Source: a virus. From it: a stretch of DNA of 64,000 nt. This document shows, one piece after another, positions 42,759 to 52,253 of this stretch. The stretch lies in the IMG/VR virus record IMGVR_UViG_3300011113_000581, positions 24,134 to 88,133 of that record, one strand, 5' to 3'. The notes under the pieces are model-generated. The model was not told the DNA's origin, made no database searches, and saw only the letters and a program-made list of their open reading frames with translations. Within the stretch, counting starts at the first letter, position 1. Each line of letters begins with the position of its first letter. Made by a program: the position numbers and the translations under genes.

Positions 42759-42905
42759 ATGGAAAATCAAGCAGGTCAAAATTTTAATCAAGAGTTTAAT
42801 CTTGATTCTTACAGAGACCTGCTTGAGCGCCTGGAAGCCTCTAAACGTAATCAACAACGTTTGGAAAAACAAGTACCAGGGGCTGTTCAACAGCAACCCG
42901 TATAA
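42759..42905 (+). CDS. 48-aa protein, paralogue 2
   Basis: Manual ORF ...EFNLDSYRDLLERLEASKRNQQR... Confidence 0.6.
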   Translation: MENQAGQNFNQEFNLDSYRDLLERLEASKRNQQRLEKQVPGAVQQQPV

Positions 42906-42914
42906 TTTGTTATC

Positions 42915-43163
42915 ATGACTAGCAGTGTTCCAACTGGACAAACTGATGTTGACGATTGGTTTGATCTAGATAAATATCGTCAAGCTGCTGGCGTGGCTTA
43001 CGAATTTTCCAAAAAGAAAATGGAGACTGCTGGTGAACAAGAGCGAGAAACTATCGGTAAGGGTGCAGAAGAACAAAGAACTTCTTCTGAACAGTCCCAG
43101 CGATTTAAACAGGCCGACGAAGAGCGGGACTATGGACAGTCCCAACGAGCATATCGATATTAA
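42915..43163 (+). CDS. 82-aa protein, paralogue 3
   Basis: MTSSVPTGQTDVDDWFDLDKYR... Confidence 0.7.
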   Translation: MTSSVPTGQTDVDDWFDLDKYRQAAGVAYEFSKKKMETAGEQERETIGKGAEEQRTSSEQSQRFKQADEERDYGQSQRAYRY

Positions 43164-43650
43164 AGTTTTTGAACATTGGTTAGACAACTTAGATTCACCA
43201 ACCAAGGAAAGTTTTATTGCTTTTGCTGAGAGCAATAATTCGATTATTGAAATTTATCTTTACTCCCGTTTCCTTGGTTATAACGGTGCCATTACTTGTT
43301 GTGACTTTTGGATAAAAAAATATTATTCAAAGCCTGATCACAGAAGTGTTCTTCTTGCTGAGATTCTTGAAATGCAAGAAGACATTAGAAAGCTTAGGGA
43401 AGATATTGAAAATCTCGTTGTAAAACGTGATGCTGGTGTTGCACGTATTGCTGGCATGCAAAAAGAATTACGTGGCACTATCGCTCAGGTAGAAAATTAT
43501 ACAGCTAATAAAGATCGCAAAGGGTTGCTGATGGCTGGTGCTGACCAAGCCATTCGTGAGTTGCTGATGATTTTTAAAGATGATCCAATTGAAGGACCTC
43601 TTCAAGAAGCATCAATGTCAGTATGGGCTAAAATGCAATTAAGTGAATAG
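43132..43650 (+). CDS. hypothetical protein (terminase small subunit candidate)
   Basis: Helical, upstream of terL; functional call from position only. Confidence 0.45.
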   Translation: MDSPNEHIDIKVFEHWLDNLDSPTKESFIAFAESNNSIIEIYLYSRFLGYNGAITCCDFWIKKYYSKPDHRSVLLAEILEMQEDIRKLREDIENLVVKRDAGVARIAGMQKELRGTIAQVENYTANKDRKGLLMAGADQAIRELLMIFKDDPIEGPLQEASMSVWAKMQLSE

Positions 43651-43655
43651 TAGTA

Positions 43656-43817
43656 ATGCAACAACCGTCTAGTTATCAGCACTCTATTCCAGAGTCTCAA
43701 CTGCGTACTGGGATTGTGTTTGGTCCTGGTAGGGCTACACGTCTCCCCGAAAAAGGTACTCCTGAGTATCAAGAGCTTGTCTATCGTATTCGTAAAGGAT
43801 TAGATCAGAATCAATGA
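43656..43817 (+). CDS. 53-aa hypothetical protein
   Basis: Manual ORF; ATGA overlap with the next ORF. Confidence 0.5.
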   Translation: MQQPSSYQHSIPESQLRTGIVFGPGRATRLPEKGTPEYQELVYRIRKGLDQNQ

Positions 43818-43975
43818 GTAAGAATAAGATGCCTCCCGAGCTTCTTGAGCATTTCAAGAAGAAAGAAGCCAAAAAGGAAGATGGCACTGAGATGTCAGAC
43901 AAGGAAAAGCGTAAAGCTGCCCTTGATAAAGCACGTAAATATCAAGAACAAAAACGCAATAAAAAAGAAGAATAG
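43814..43975 (+). CDS. 53-aa Lys/Glu-rich protein
   Basis: Manual ORF MSKNKMPPELLEHFKKK... Confidence 0.6.
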   Translation: MSKNKMPPELLEHFKKKEAKKEDGTEMSDKEKRKAALDKARKYQEQKRNKKEE

Positions 43976-44006
43976 GCTAGTATCAAGTTAATTACTGGTC
44001 TTTTTT

Positions 44007-45533
44007 GTGCCTGCATATCTTCATCAAGCTTATCGACGCAACGCACAGGCTGCTGCAAAGAATCACCGGGTGCGCAAGAAAGATAATGAAGATCTTTTGG
44101 AACTGGCACGAGAAGACTTTGGTTACTTTTGTGATTACGTAGCAGATAAACCACCTGCTAAACATCATCAAGATTGGCATCGGCAATTAGTTACCAACCA
44201 AGACAGCTCTTGCCTGCTGAAAATTGCTGGTCCAAATATTGACCTGTTAGCTCCACGAGGATCAGCCAAAAGTACGGTTGCAGGTTTGTTTGCAGCATGG
44301 GCTATTGGTGTACACACTGCAGCCAAACGCCCTTTACAGATTCTTTATCTTTCTTATACGGTTGATATCGCTCGTTCCAAGTCAGCAACAATTAAACGAC
44401 TTATTGAAAGTAAAAAATATCAAGACGTTTTTCCAACAGTAAAACTTCTTAAGAACGTTACAAGCAATGAGTACTGGTCTATTGACCATCGTTTTGCTGG
44501 TATTGATATTGCTGGTGAAGAACAGTTCACACTCTGCGCTGCTGGCCTAAAAGGTTCAGTGACTTCCAAACGCAGTCAATTGGTAATTATTGATGACGCC
44601 ATTAAGAGCTCATCAGATATTGCCAACCCTGACATCCGAAAGATGATGCAGGATAATTGGAATGCAGTGATTGCACCAACCATGTTTGAAGGTGGACGTG
44701 CTATCTGCCTTGGTACCAGATTTAGACATGATGACATTCATGCAACTACTTTTAATGAACAGAACAATTGGATGCAAATTGTTCTTTCTGCAATTCAAAA
44801 CAATGAAATTACCGGAGAGGAAGAATCCTATTGGCCTGAAATGTGGTCATTGGATTATTTAAAAGAAAAGAAAAGGCAAGCACCTATTGCCTTCTCTTTC
44901 CAGTACATGAATCAGATCGTCAGGCAGAATGAACTGTCATTGGCGCCTGAACTATTGGTTAAAGCAGAGATTGCTACAGAGTTTGATTCACTGGCTGTTG
45001 GGGTTGACCTCTCCGCTGGTACAAAAGAAAAGAATGATTACACAGTGTTTACTCTTGGCGGAAAACTTGGAGATCAGATTCATATAATTGATTACCGTCG
45101 AATGCGTGTGATGGGCAACCTAGAAAAATTAGATGCTCTTAAAGAATTGCTTAATGATTGGTCTATTCTTGGACGCGACGAGAACGGTAATTACTTTCCT
45201 ACGTATAACACTTGTGATGTTTACTCAGAAGCTGTCGCGTACCAGGCATCTCTTGAAGCTGATTTCAAGCGTATCTGCTTAAGAAACGAAAACCTTTATA
45301 ACATCAACTGGCATGCTGTTAAAGGTTTTAGGGCAGATAAACTTGCTCGCTTCCGTGGTTGTATGGGTCTTTTTGAAGATCGTAAGATTATCTTCAATCG
45401 TTATCGAAACTTTACGGCAATGTTTGAAGAACTTACTAATTTTGGTGTAAGTAGTCACGACGACTGTGTTGATTCGTTGGTCTGGCTCATTAATGGATTA
45501 ACACGGAAGGGTACTCTTCAGGTTGATTACTAA
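44007..45533 (+). CDS. terL: terminase large subunit
   Basis: Walker A APRGSAKST, Walker B LVIIDD, coupling motif GTR, nuclease GVD...HDDCVD. Confidence 0.92.
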   Translation: MPAYLHQAYRRNAQAAAKNHRVRKKDNEDLLELAREDFGYFCDYVADKPPAKHHQDWHRQLVTNQDSSCLLKIAGPNIDLLAPRGSAKSTVAGLFAAWAIGVHTAAKRPLQILYLSYTVDIARSKSATIKRLIESKKYQDVFPTVKLLKNVTSNEYWSIDHRFAGIDIAGEEQFTLCAAGLKGSVTSKRSQLVIIDDAIKSSSDIANPDIRKMMQDNWNAVIAPTMFEGGRAICLGTRFRHDDIHATTFNEQNNWMQIVLSAIQNNEITGEEESYWPEMWSLDYLKEKKRQAPIAFSFQYMNQIVRQNELSLAPELLVKAEIATEFDSLAVGVDLSAGTKEKNDYTVFTLGGKLGDQIHIIDYRRMRVMGNLEKLDALKELLNDWSILGRDENGNYFPTYNTCDVYSEAVAYQASLEADFKRICLRNENLYNINWHAVKGFRADKLARFRGCMGLFEDRKIIFNRYRNFTAMFEELTNFGVSSHDDCVDSLVWLINGLTRKGTLQVDY

Positions 45534-45562
45534 CTCTTAGAATAAGAAAAAATGCTTTTGCC

Positions 45563-45853
45563 ATGGGACCCGAATACCTGGCGATTGTGATTACAACTTG
45601 TCTAGCTGGAGTTTCAGGAGGTACCTGGGCAGCCAATAAGTTGTTATCTAGATCGCACGAACGTATTAAACAACTTTCTGAACGCGTGGCAAACCAAGAA
45701 AAAAAGGTTGAACACTTAGACGAAAGTTTCAATCGCATGCCATTGGAATACGTATTGAAAGTTGATTTTCTTCGTGAAATTCAACAGATGCACGACACCT
45801 TCAAGGAAATTAATAGTAAGCTAGACAGGATGATGGATCGACTTTTGAAATGA
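45563..45853 (+). CDS. N-terminal TM + coiled-coil protein (holin/spanin-like candidate)
   Basis: Hydrophobic N-terminus followed by heptad repeats. Confidence 0.5.
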   Translation: MGPEYLAIVITTCLAGVSGGTWAANKLLSRSHERIKQLSERVANQEKKVEHLDESFNRMPLEYVLKVDFLREIQQMHDTFKEINSKLDRMMDRLLK

Positions 45854-46035
45854 CCAGCTACATTATTGAAGTTCAAGAAGATCAGGACGGAGAACTTTTT
45901 ATTGAGTTCCCCGAAGAAATCATTGAAGAACTTGGTTGGCAAGAAGGGGATATTCTTTCGTGGGACTTAAAAGGTGAAGGTATTGTTCTTTCTAAACTCA
46001 ATGATGAATCTGGTTACGAGGTTATAGAAGAGTAA
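45850..46035 (+). CDS. AbrB/MazE-like swapped-hairpin protein
   Basis: DGELFIEFPEEIIEELGWQEGDIL.W. Confidence 0.7.
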   Translation: MTSYIIEVQEDQDGELFIEFPEEIIEELGWQEGDILSWDLKGEGIVLSKLNDESGYEVIEE

Positions 46036-46061
46036 GATAGAAACAAGATAACAATAGGGAA

Positions 46062-46235
46062 ATGCTTAGATACAGCGGAATGAGTTCGGTTCCTGGGGCA
46101 CCAGGTAACTTGATGGCAGGACTGGACCTTCCCTTTGGAGGCGGACAACAATATAGACAAATTCAACAAGAGAATCGCCCCTCAATTTTATATGGGGCCT
46201 CAGTTAGGACAGATCTCTCCCGGATTTCAAAATAA
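46062..46235 (+). CDS. 57-aa hypothetical protein
   Basis: Manual ORF with a -10 box 29 nt upstream. Confidence 0.4.
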   Translation: MLRYSGMSSVPGAPGNLMAGLDLPFGGGQQYRQIQQENRPSILYGASVRTDLSRISK

Positions 46236-46293
46236 ATATGTCTCTTAATTTTTAAAAACTGTTAAACTAATTCCAGCGGGTTGAAAATAGTTA

Positions 46294-48642
46294 ATGGCTG
46301 CAGACGCTAAATCCAGACTCAAGGAAATTGTTGATTCCTATCTTGAAAAAGATGGTGGAATTGGCGTTGATACCGGCGTCGTAGCAGCACACTTGGCACA
46401 AATGAAACTCTTTGGTATTCGCCAAGGGGTAGAATTTTTTCCAGCTCAGGACAACTTTGGTAATCAACGCAAAGATTTTATTGATCGTGTAGTCAAATAC
46501 AACCAGATTGACACAAGGCTTGATTCCATTTGGGATTACTTCTTGTGCGATGGGCAAGGTTTGTTTTATATCCGACCTACTACCAACAACTATCGTCTTT
46601 ACTTTTTTAGGAAGCACGAGTACCGTACCTATTACAACGTAGACGGTGAGCTTGATGAAGTTGTCATTATCTACAGTTATAAAGTTAAAAATGGTTTTGG
46701 CGTTAATCAAGATATTCAGCAAACTTCAATCACAGGGATGGAAACCCTTGGCGGACAAGGGCACAAAAGATATATAAAACTATCTATTAAACGTAAAACT
46801 ATTGAAGAGACACATTCGGAAGGTGAACTTTCTTTTGATCAACCTGTTGCAGTAGTACCAGGTAAAACACAAACCTATCGCAACACACTTGGATTTATTC
46901 CCTGTGTAGAAATCTTTAACAACCCCAAGGGATTCTCTACCGAAGGTATTGGTGAGTTTGATGCACTTGCTAATCACATCGTTACGCATGATGAGATGGT
47001 TCGCACCATGCGTAAGAACGTTCAATTCTTCGGTAATCCAACTCTTCTCTCGTCTCGTCCCAAGACCGACCTAATTGAATCAGGTGGAGAAGGCGTGGTA
47101 CAGCGCCCATCAATCGCTGCCAACTCAGGGTTTGCTAGCCCATCTTCCCTTAGTCGCTCCATGTTCAAGGCTGATCCAATCAGCCGTGGAATGGATGGTC
47201 AGATTCGAGTACCAAGGATTATTGCCAACCTGGAACCAAACGATCGAGTTGGTTACATTGTCCCAGATGCTATCACTGGTGACCAGAATGCATTTGCCCG
47301 TCAGTATCGAGAAGAGATCCGTACAGCCCTTGGTGGTGTTGATGAACTTTCTATCTCTGCTGGTGTGACCGCAACTGAGTACAAATCTCTGTTTGGTCGT
47401 GTTGCTGCTACATCTAAGAAAAAGTCAAACGCTATTTACACTTATGGTATTTGTCGTTGTTTAGAACTGATTATCTTTCAAGAAGAACGCTTATTCCGTG
47501 AAACACTGGCTGCCGCCGCAGGATTAGAAAAGCCTGTGGAGCCAGATGAAGATGCGGATGAATCTGTTATTCAGATGTATAAAGATGCATTAGTTGGATT
47601 TGAAGATCGAATTAAACAACTAATGATGGCTTGTGTCCGTACACAACAGATTCCTCCTGGTGTTCTTGGTTTAATTCCTGATGGGGATTTAACGATCCAA
47701 TGGCGCTGGCTGGGACCAGTGTACGAAGATTCAACGCAAGATATTCTTAACAACTCAATTGTTGTTAGAAACTTGCAAGAATTAGGTGTTGATAGCATTG
47801 AAGCACTGAAATACCTCTTTCCGTCAAAAACGGATGAGGAACGGGCCGAGATGTTATCTGGGTTCCCGTTCAGGATGGTGGGTGAACTACAGAATGCATA
47901 TTCTTCGTTCGCACGCCTGGTGGGGGGCATGATGCAGACTCCCCATCCGCAATCACCGGACTTACCGATGGCTGCAGATCCCAGGTTGGATTTAACCCCA
48001 TATCTGTATCGAACTCTTGAAGCATTACAAAAGGAGATGAGTTATGCAGGACGCTACCGTCCAGTCGATCCCACAGACGAGCCAAGTACCGGCGGCAGTC
48101 GCTCCCAGCAGCTACGTGGCACCGGCTCCGTCCAGCCAACCGGTCAGCTACCAAGTGGCACCGCAGGCTTATCAGGTGGGTACCAGTTACCCCCAAGCGG
48201 TACCTCAGGCAGCCCCCAGCTACCAATCAGCCCCTACTCAGTACGCCCCCCAATCCCAACCGGAAGCAGCGGGCAATCCCTGGGAATCGGCGTTCAACAA
48301 GGTAGTGAACCTGCTGAGCGCACCAGTCCAATCCCCGTTCCAGGGTCAACCCTCAGCGCCGACTCCGCAGTACGCCCCGGCGAACTTCGGTCAACCCAGC
48401 CAAGCTACGCAACAATCGGTTCCGCAGACTTGGTCAGCCAACCAGGCATACTCGCCCAGCTCTTCCCAAACCTCCTCGACAGTCTCCTTGGAGCAGGTGG
48501 CCGACCTGGTGGGAATGAGCCAGGAAAGCCGTCAGGTGATGGACGCGTTCGGAATCGAAGCACCGGCAATTCTGAACAACTACGCCCTGAATCTGGAAGG
48601 GATGCTGGACAGCGCCGTCGCGTGGGGAAATCGCGCCGCTAA
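46294..48642 (+). CDS. probable portal protein
   Basis: Size and position between terL and capsid; LGFIPCVEIFNNP...G.GEF and SIEALKYLFP patterns. Confidence 0.7.
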   Translation: MAADAKSRLKEIVDSYLEKDGGIGVDTGVVAAHLAQMKLFGIRQGVEFFPAQDNFGNQRKDFIDRVVKYNQIDTRLDSIWDYFLCDGQGLFYIRPTTNNYRLYFFRKHEYRTYYNVDGELDEVVIIYSYKVKNGFGVNQDIQQTSITGMETLGGQGHKRYIKLSIKRKTIEETHSEGELSFDQPVAVVPGKTQTYRNTLGFIPCVEIFNNPKGFSTEGIGEFDALANHIVTHDEMVRTMRKNVQFFGNPTLLSSRPKTDLIESGGEGVVQRPSIAANSGFASPSSLSRSMFKADPISRGMDGQIRVPRIIANLEPNDRVGYIVPDAITGDQNAFARQYREEIRTALGGVDELSISAGVTATEYKSLFGRVAATSKKKSNAIYTYGICRCLELIIFQEERLFRETLAAAAGLEKPVEPDEDADESVIQMYKDALVGFEDRIKQLMMACVRTQQIPPGVLGLIPDGDLTIQWRWLGPVYEDSTQDILNNSIVVRNLQELGVDSIEALKYLFPSKTDEERAEMLSGFPFRMVGELQNAYSSFARLVGGMMQTPHPQSPDLPMAADPRLDLTPYLYRTLEALQKEMSYAGRYRPVDPTDEPSTGGSRSQQLRGTGSVQPTGQLPSGTAGLSGGYQLPPSGTSGSPQLPISPYSVRPPIPTGSSGQSLGIGVQQGSEPAERTSPIPVPGSTLSADSAVRPGELRSTQPSYATIGSADLVSQPGILAQLFPNLLDSLLGAGGRPGGNEPGKPSGDGRVRNRSTGNSEQLRPESGRDAGQRRRVGKSRR

Positions 48643-49006
48643 TACCATTCAGGGTTACGCCAACTTCGCCGTTAATGAGCACCAGGAGAACCTGGCTTAT
48701 AACGAGATCTTGACTAATCCCGATGTTCTTAGCGATTACACGCTGAAGTTCTTTGGTCCTGAAGGTCCGTACCCTGTGTACGAAAACGAGCAACAGCTTG
48801 AGACGCCTGGTTACCGCACTGAACCTGTTAATCCGCAGTATGGTGCTCAGTTCCCCGCGCCTCCTTCTGCTGCTGCTCCTCAGCAACCTGAAAACTTCTG
48901 GGGTTCGTTTAATGAAGTGATGGCACGTGATCCCCAGAATGCTTGGCGCATCATCAACCAAGCTCAGCCTCAAGTCTTGGCAAACAAACTGTTTGTGATG
49001 GAGTGA
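48044..49006 (+). CDS. probable capsid scaffolding protein
   Basis: AAGGAG SD, Q/P/A-rich, upstream of the major capsid gene. Confidence 0.6.
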   Translation: MQDATVQSIPQTSQVPAAVAPSSYVAPAPSSQPVSYQVAPQAYQVGTSYPQAVPQAAPSYQSAPTQYAPQSQPEAAGNPWESAFNKVVNLLSAPVQSPFQGQPSAPTPQYAPANFGQPSQATQQSVPQTWSANQAYSPSSSQTSSTVSLEQVADLVGMSQESRQVMDAFGIEAPAILNNYALNLEGMLDSAVAWGNRAANTIQGYANFAVNEHQENLAYNEILTNPDVLSDYTLKFFGPEGPYPVYENEQQLETPGYRTEPVNPQYGAQFPAPPSAAAPQQPENFWGSFNEVMARDPQNAWRIINQAQPQVLANKLFVME

Positions 49007-49009
49007 GGA

Positions 49010-49630
49010 ATGTTAAAACTTGCTGGTAGATATGCAAACGCAATCAGCAGGAATCCAGTAGCATCTGCAGTGGCTGGCGGCCTTGGTGCCGCTGGCCTTG
49101 CTACTTTGGGAAATATTGTTTCCGGTCAAGCTGCTGAAGAAGGACCTGCAAGAATGGGCCTGGAGGCTTTAGGAGCTGGCGCTTTAGGTGCCGCCCTAGG
49201 AACTCAAATTCCGGGTCTCCGTGGCAAAGCTGCAAGAGCAATGCAAGGTATTGGAGCTGTTAGCCTTGAAAATCCAGGTGCAGTTGCACGTCGAGCAAAA
49301 ATGTCACCCATTGAAATTCAACAAGCTGAACTTGCTCGTGATTTATTAAATACCGCAGTTCGTGAAGGTGTCAACCCTGCTGAATTAAGGCGCGATCTCA
49401 AAACAAGTGCACGTCGTGGTCAAACACTTATCAATACTGCTGGAATTCCGATTGCGTTAACAGCTGCAGGCGGTCTTGGCGGCATGATTGGCGGCGGCGC
49501 GGCCAATGTTGGCCAGTTTGTTGGAGCCCCTGGTCTTCAACAAAATACAATCTCTGATCCTGAACGAGCTACTTCTAGTAATACACAAATGGCTAGAAGT
49601 TATACTCCTACCCTTAAATATCTTGGTTGA
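49010..49630 (+). CDS. Gly/Ala-rich hypothetical protein
   Basis: ORF between the scaffold and major capsid genes. Confidence 0.6.
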   Translation: MLKLAGRYANAISRNPVASAVAGGLGAAGLATLGNIVSGQAAEEGPARMGLEALGAGALGAALGTQIPGLRGKAARAMQGIGAVSLENPGAVARRAKMSPIEIQQAELARDLLNTAVREGVNPAELRRDLKTSARRGQTLINTAGIPIALTAAGGLGGMIGGGAANVGQFVGAPGLQQNTISDPERATSSNTQMARSYTPTLKYLG

Positions 49631-49728
49631 TAAATTATCAACTGTTAAAATTTGTTTTAGATAAGACAATATTTATTGTCTGAATCTTTCACCAAATAAT
49701 CGTCCTGTGTACTGGAGGATAAACTAAA

Positions 49729-50892
49729 GTGTTCCTTGATAACGACTTTCCTAAGATTCTTGGTGCGGAGCTTTATCGCCCCCACCCTGCTTATATCTGT
49801 GAAATGGCGGTAGAGCCCGTGGTTGTCCACGACTTTACTCGTCAACCTGGTCAAACTGTTCAGCTCGATCGCTATAAGTTCTGGGGTAACCCTGGAACCA
49901 AGGACAGCCGTGCTCGTGTGGCTGACCAAACCATTGGTACCGCCAACAGCCGTAACATCACCAAAGAAAAAGTTCTGGTGGTGCTTAACGAATATACCGG
50001 CCCTGCTGATCCTGGCGATCCGACTCAGCCTTCGACCTTTAAGATTGCTCGTGAAACTCTGATTACCGCTCAGCGCCTTCTGCTGGACACTGGTAATCTC
50101 AACATGTTCCACCAGTCGATCGGTAGCCTCACCCTGCTGGATGACTATCGCCGGTGGCGTGATCGCGTCTTCATCGACGAACTGTCCAAAGCTGAAGCTA
50201 ACGGCGCTGCTTCCAGCACTCAAGGTGGCTACTACTTCCCTGGTGGTAAAACCAAAAACTCTTCTGGTCAAATCGCTTACACGGCTACTGAGTACACTGC
50301 TGATCTCCAACAGTTCTCGGTTCGCACTGACCTTCTGACCGTTGTTAAGGACCTGCGCAAGCGTAACGTTCCCACCTTTGCTGACGGTCTGTATCGTTGC
50401 ATCTGCGATCCCGTGTTCATGATGCACCTGCGTCGTGACCCCGACTTCCGTGAGATCGCTCGTTACTCCGGTAACCCTGGCCAAGGCATGTACATGGGCA
50501 ACCCCATGATGCCTAACAATGCCAGCTTCTACATGGGTCCCCAAGCTGGTCAAGGTTACTTCCTGGCTGGTGAACCCGTCATGCCGACTGGTGTTCAGTT
50601 TGAAGGCGTGAAGTTCTTCGAGTCGACCAACTTCCCCTCCAAGCAAATCTCGGCTAGCTTCGCTACTCCCGTCTCTTACTCCAACCAAGACGTTGCTCAA
50701 GGCTTCTTCTTCGGTCCTCAGGCCGTTGGTGTTGGTATCGGTGGTCCGAACGCGCAAGTGCTCATCAATAACAACGATGACTTCAGCCGCTTCATCATCC
50801 TGATCTGGCAACTGTACGCTGGTTTCGAAGTTCTTAACAAAGACTTCATCACCACTGCATACAGCTTTGTGTCTGATGACGGTAATGTTTGA
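49729..50892 (+). CDS. major capsid protein
   Basis: GGAGGA SD, strongly biased codons, 387 aa, PGQTVQL, G..FEGVKFFES, DDFSR patterns. Confidence 0.85.
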   Translation: MFLDNDFPKILGAELYRPHPAYICEMAVEPVVVHDFTRQPGQTVQLDRYKFWGNPGTKDSRARVADQTIGTANSRNITKEKVLVVLNEYTGPADPGDPTQPSTFKIARETLITAQRLLLDTGNLNMFHQSIGSLTLLDDYRRWRDRVFIDELSKAEANGAASSTQGGYYFPGGKTKNSSGQIAYTATEYTADLQQFSVRTDLLTVVKDLRKRNVPTFADGLYRCICDPVFMMHLRRDPDFREIARYSGNPGQGMYMGNPMMPNNASFYMGPQAGQGYFLAGEPVMPTGVQFEGVKFFESTNFPSKQISASFATPVSYSNQDVAQGFFFGPQAVGVGIGGPNAQVLINNNDDFSRFIILIWQLYAGFEVLNKDFITTAYSFVSDDGNV

Positions 50893-50924
50893 TCTGTAAC
50901 ATAAACATACATAAGGAGGAATAA

Positions 50925-51719
50925 ATGTCTTATCTCTCGTCTAAGAAAATCTATCCCGGTAACTGGGTTAATGCCCTGAACGGTTGGTACAAAAACATTG
51001 ATACCGACTACAGCGGCAGCAATGATGCAACTGAAGGTGGTCCCACCTCGGTTCTTGCTATCCCTGGTTATCGTTACTTCCAGCAGCGTGGTTACGTTCC
51101 CGTTAGCACTGCTTCCGGTGATGGTGCTACTGCTTCTGGTAGCGTTATCGTTCCTTCGCCTTATCGCCAGGACGACACCCGTACCGATATTACGGGCATG
51201 GTGATCAGTGGTTCGACCACTCTCCCTGCTTACGTTTATCGTGCTTCCATGTCGGTTGCTTCTGGCTGGGGTGACGGTCGTGTTGCCTCTGGTATCTATG
51301 CAGCCACCGGTAACGTTGTTACTTTTGGTATCGGTCTTACTTCTACCGGTACTGTTGGTGAAGCTGTTGCCCAGGCTAACCTGACCTCGACTACCTCTGG
51401 TTCGCAAGAAGGTGAAATCTTCTTCGCCGGTGGTACCGCTGGCTATAGCACCCAACCCTTCCTCACCGCCACTGGTGCTGCAGGTGTTACCGTCAGCAAC
51501 GTGTATAAGCAAGTCACCACGGCTTCCACTTACACCGTCCAGGCTCGCGGTTCGCAAACTGCTACGTCCACTTCGGGTGGTTGGTATATTTCCGCCGCTG
51601 ATAAAGCTGCTGGCCGTACCGGTTACTTCGTTGTTGAGGTGTGCTACCTGCAACCCGACAACGCTCCTGGTTACGAAGATATTGAATCGTATCTGATCAA
51701 CCGTACGGTGAGTAACTGA
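50925..51719 (+). CDS. abundant structural protein (capsid decoration candidate)
   Basis: AAGGAGG SD, capsid-like codon bias, T/G/S-rich. Confidence 0.55.
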   Translation: MSYLSSKKIYPGNWVNALNGWYKNIDTDYSGSNDATEGGPTSVLAIPGYRYFQQRGYVPVSTASGDGATASGSVIVPSPYRQDDTRTDITGMVISGSTTLPAYVYRASMSVASGWGDGRVASGIYAATGNVVTFGIGLTSTGTVGEAVAQANLTSTTSGSQEGEIFFAGGTAGYSTQPFLTATGAAGVTVSNVYKQVTTASTYTVQARGSQTATSTSGGWYISAADKAAGRTGYFVVEVCYLQPDNAPGYEDIESYLINRTVSN

Positions 51720-51751
51720 GTTAAACTAGGACCAGGTATTTACTTGGTCCT

Positions 51752-52183
51752 ATGTCTGTTGCCATGGAACAACTTTTGCATCGTCATAAAAAGACTGGTG
51801 CTCGAGTTCGAATCATTAGTGAGTGGGACGAAGGCGATTGGTTCATGGTCGAAGATCAGGACGGTCGCCTTTACACTGCTTACAAAACCGAACTTGAACC
51901 TGATGAGGCTGCAACAAAAAAAGTTAAAACTCTTCAGGTAAAAGATAAAGCGGCAAACGACGAACCTCGTAATTTCCCACCTGATACTCGTCTTAATATC
52001 AACGGTGCAACTGCACAAATGATTGCAGACCATATCAAAGGAATTGGTCTGAAGACTGCCCGAGAAATCAAGGACCTTCAGTTGTCCCTGTCTGGTGAAA
52101 GATTTAATAACCTTGAGCAGTTACGTCAGATCAAAAGAGTTGATTGGGATGCAGTTTTTGCTGCTGATTTAATCCGAGTGTAA
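51752..52183 (+). CDS. helix-hairpin-helix (ComEA-like) DNA-binding protein
   Basis: LNINGATAQMI..IKGIGLKTAREI...FNNLEQL..IKRV. Confidence 0.75.
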   Translation: MSVAMEQLLHRHKKTGARVRIISEWDEGDWFMVEDQDGRLYTAYKTELEPDEAATKKVKTLQVKDKAANDEPRNFPPDTRLNINGATAQMIADHIKGIGLKTAREIKDLQLSLSGERFNNLEQLRQIKRVDWDAVFAADLIRV

Positions 52184-52200
52184 CTTTCATCTCCAAATAC

Positions 52201-52228
52201 AAGCCCCTGATTATTCAGGGGTTTTTTA
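52201..52228 (+). terminator. intrinsic terminator
   Basis: AAGCCCCTGA-TTAT-TCAGGGGTTTTTT. Confidence 0.85.
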
Positions 52229-52253
52229 GTTTTAAAATAAAAAGAAAAGAATA

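Noticed and set aside
49657-51653. Long antisense ORFs (384 aa and 311 aa) opposite the capsid genes
   Set aside because: They are shadows of strongly biased codon usage on the plus strand, with no motifs or translation signals.
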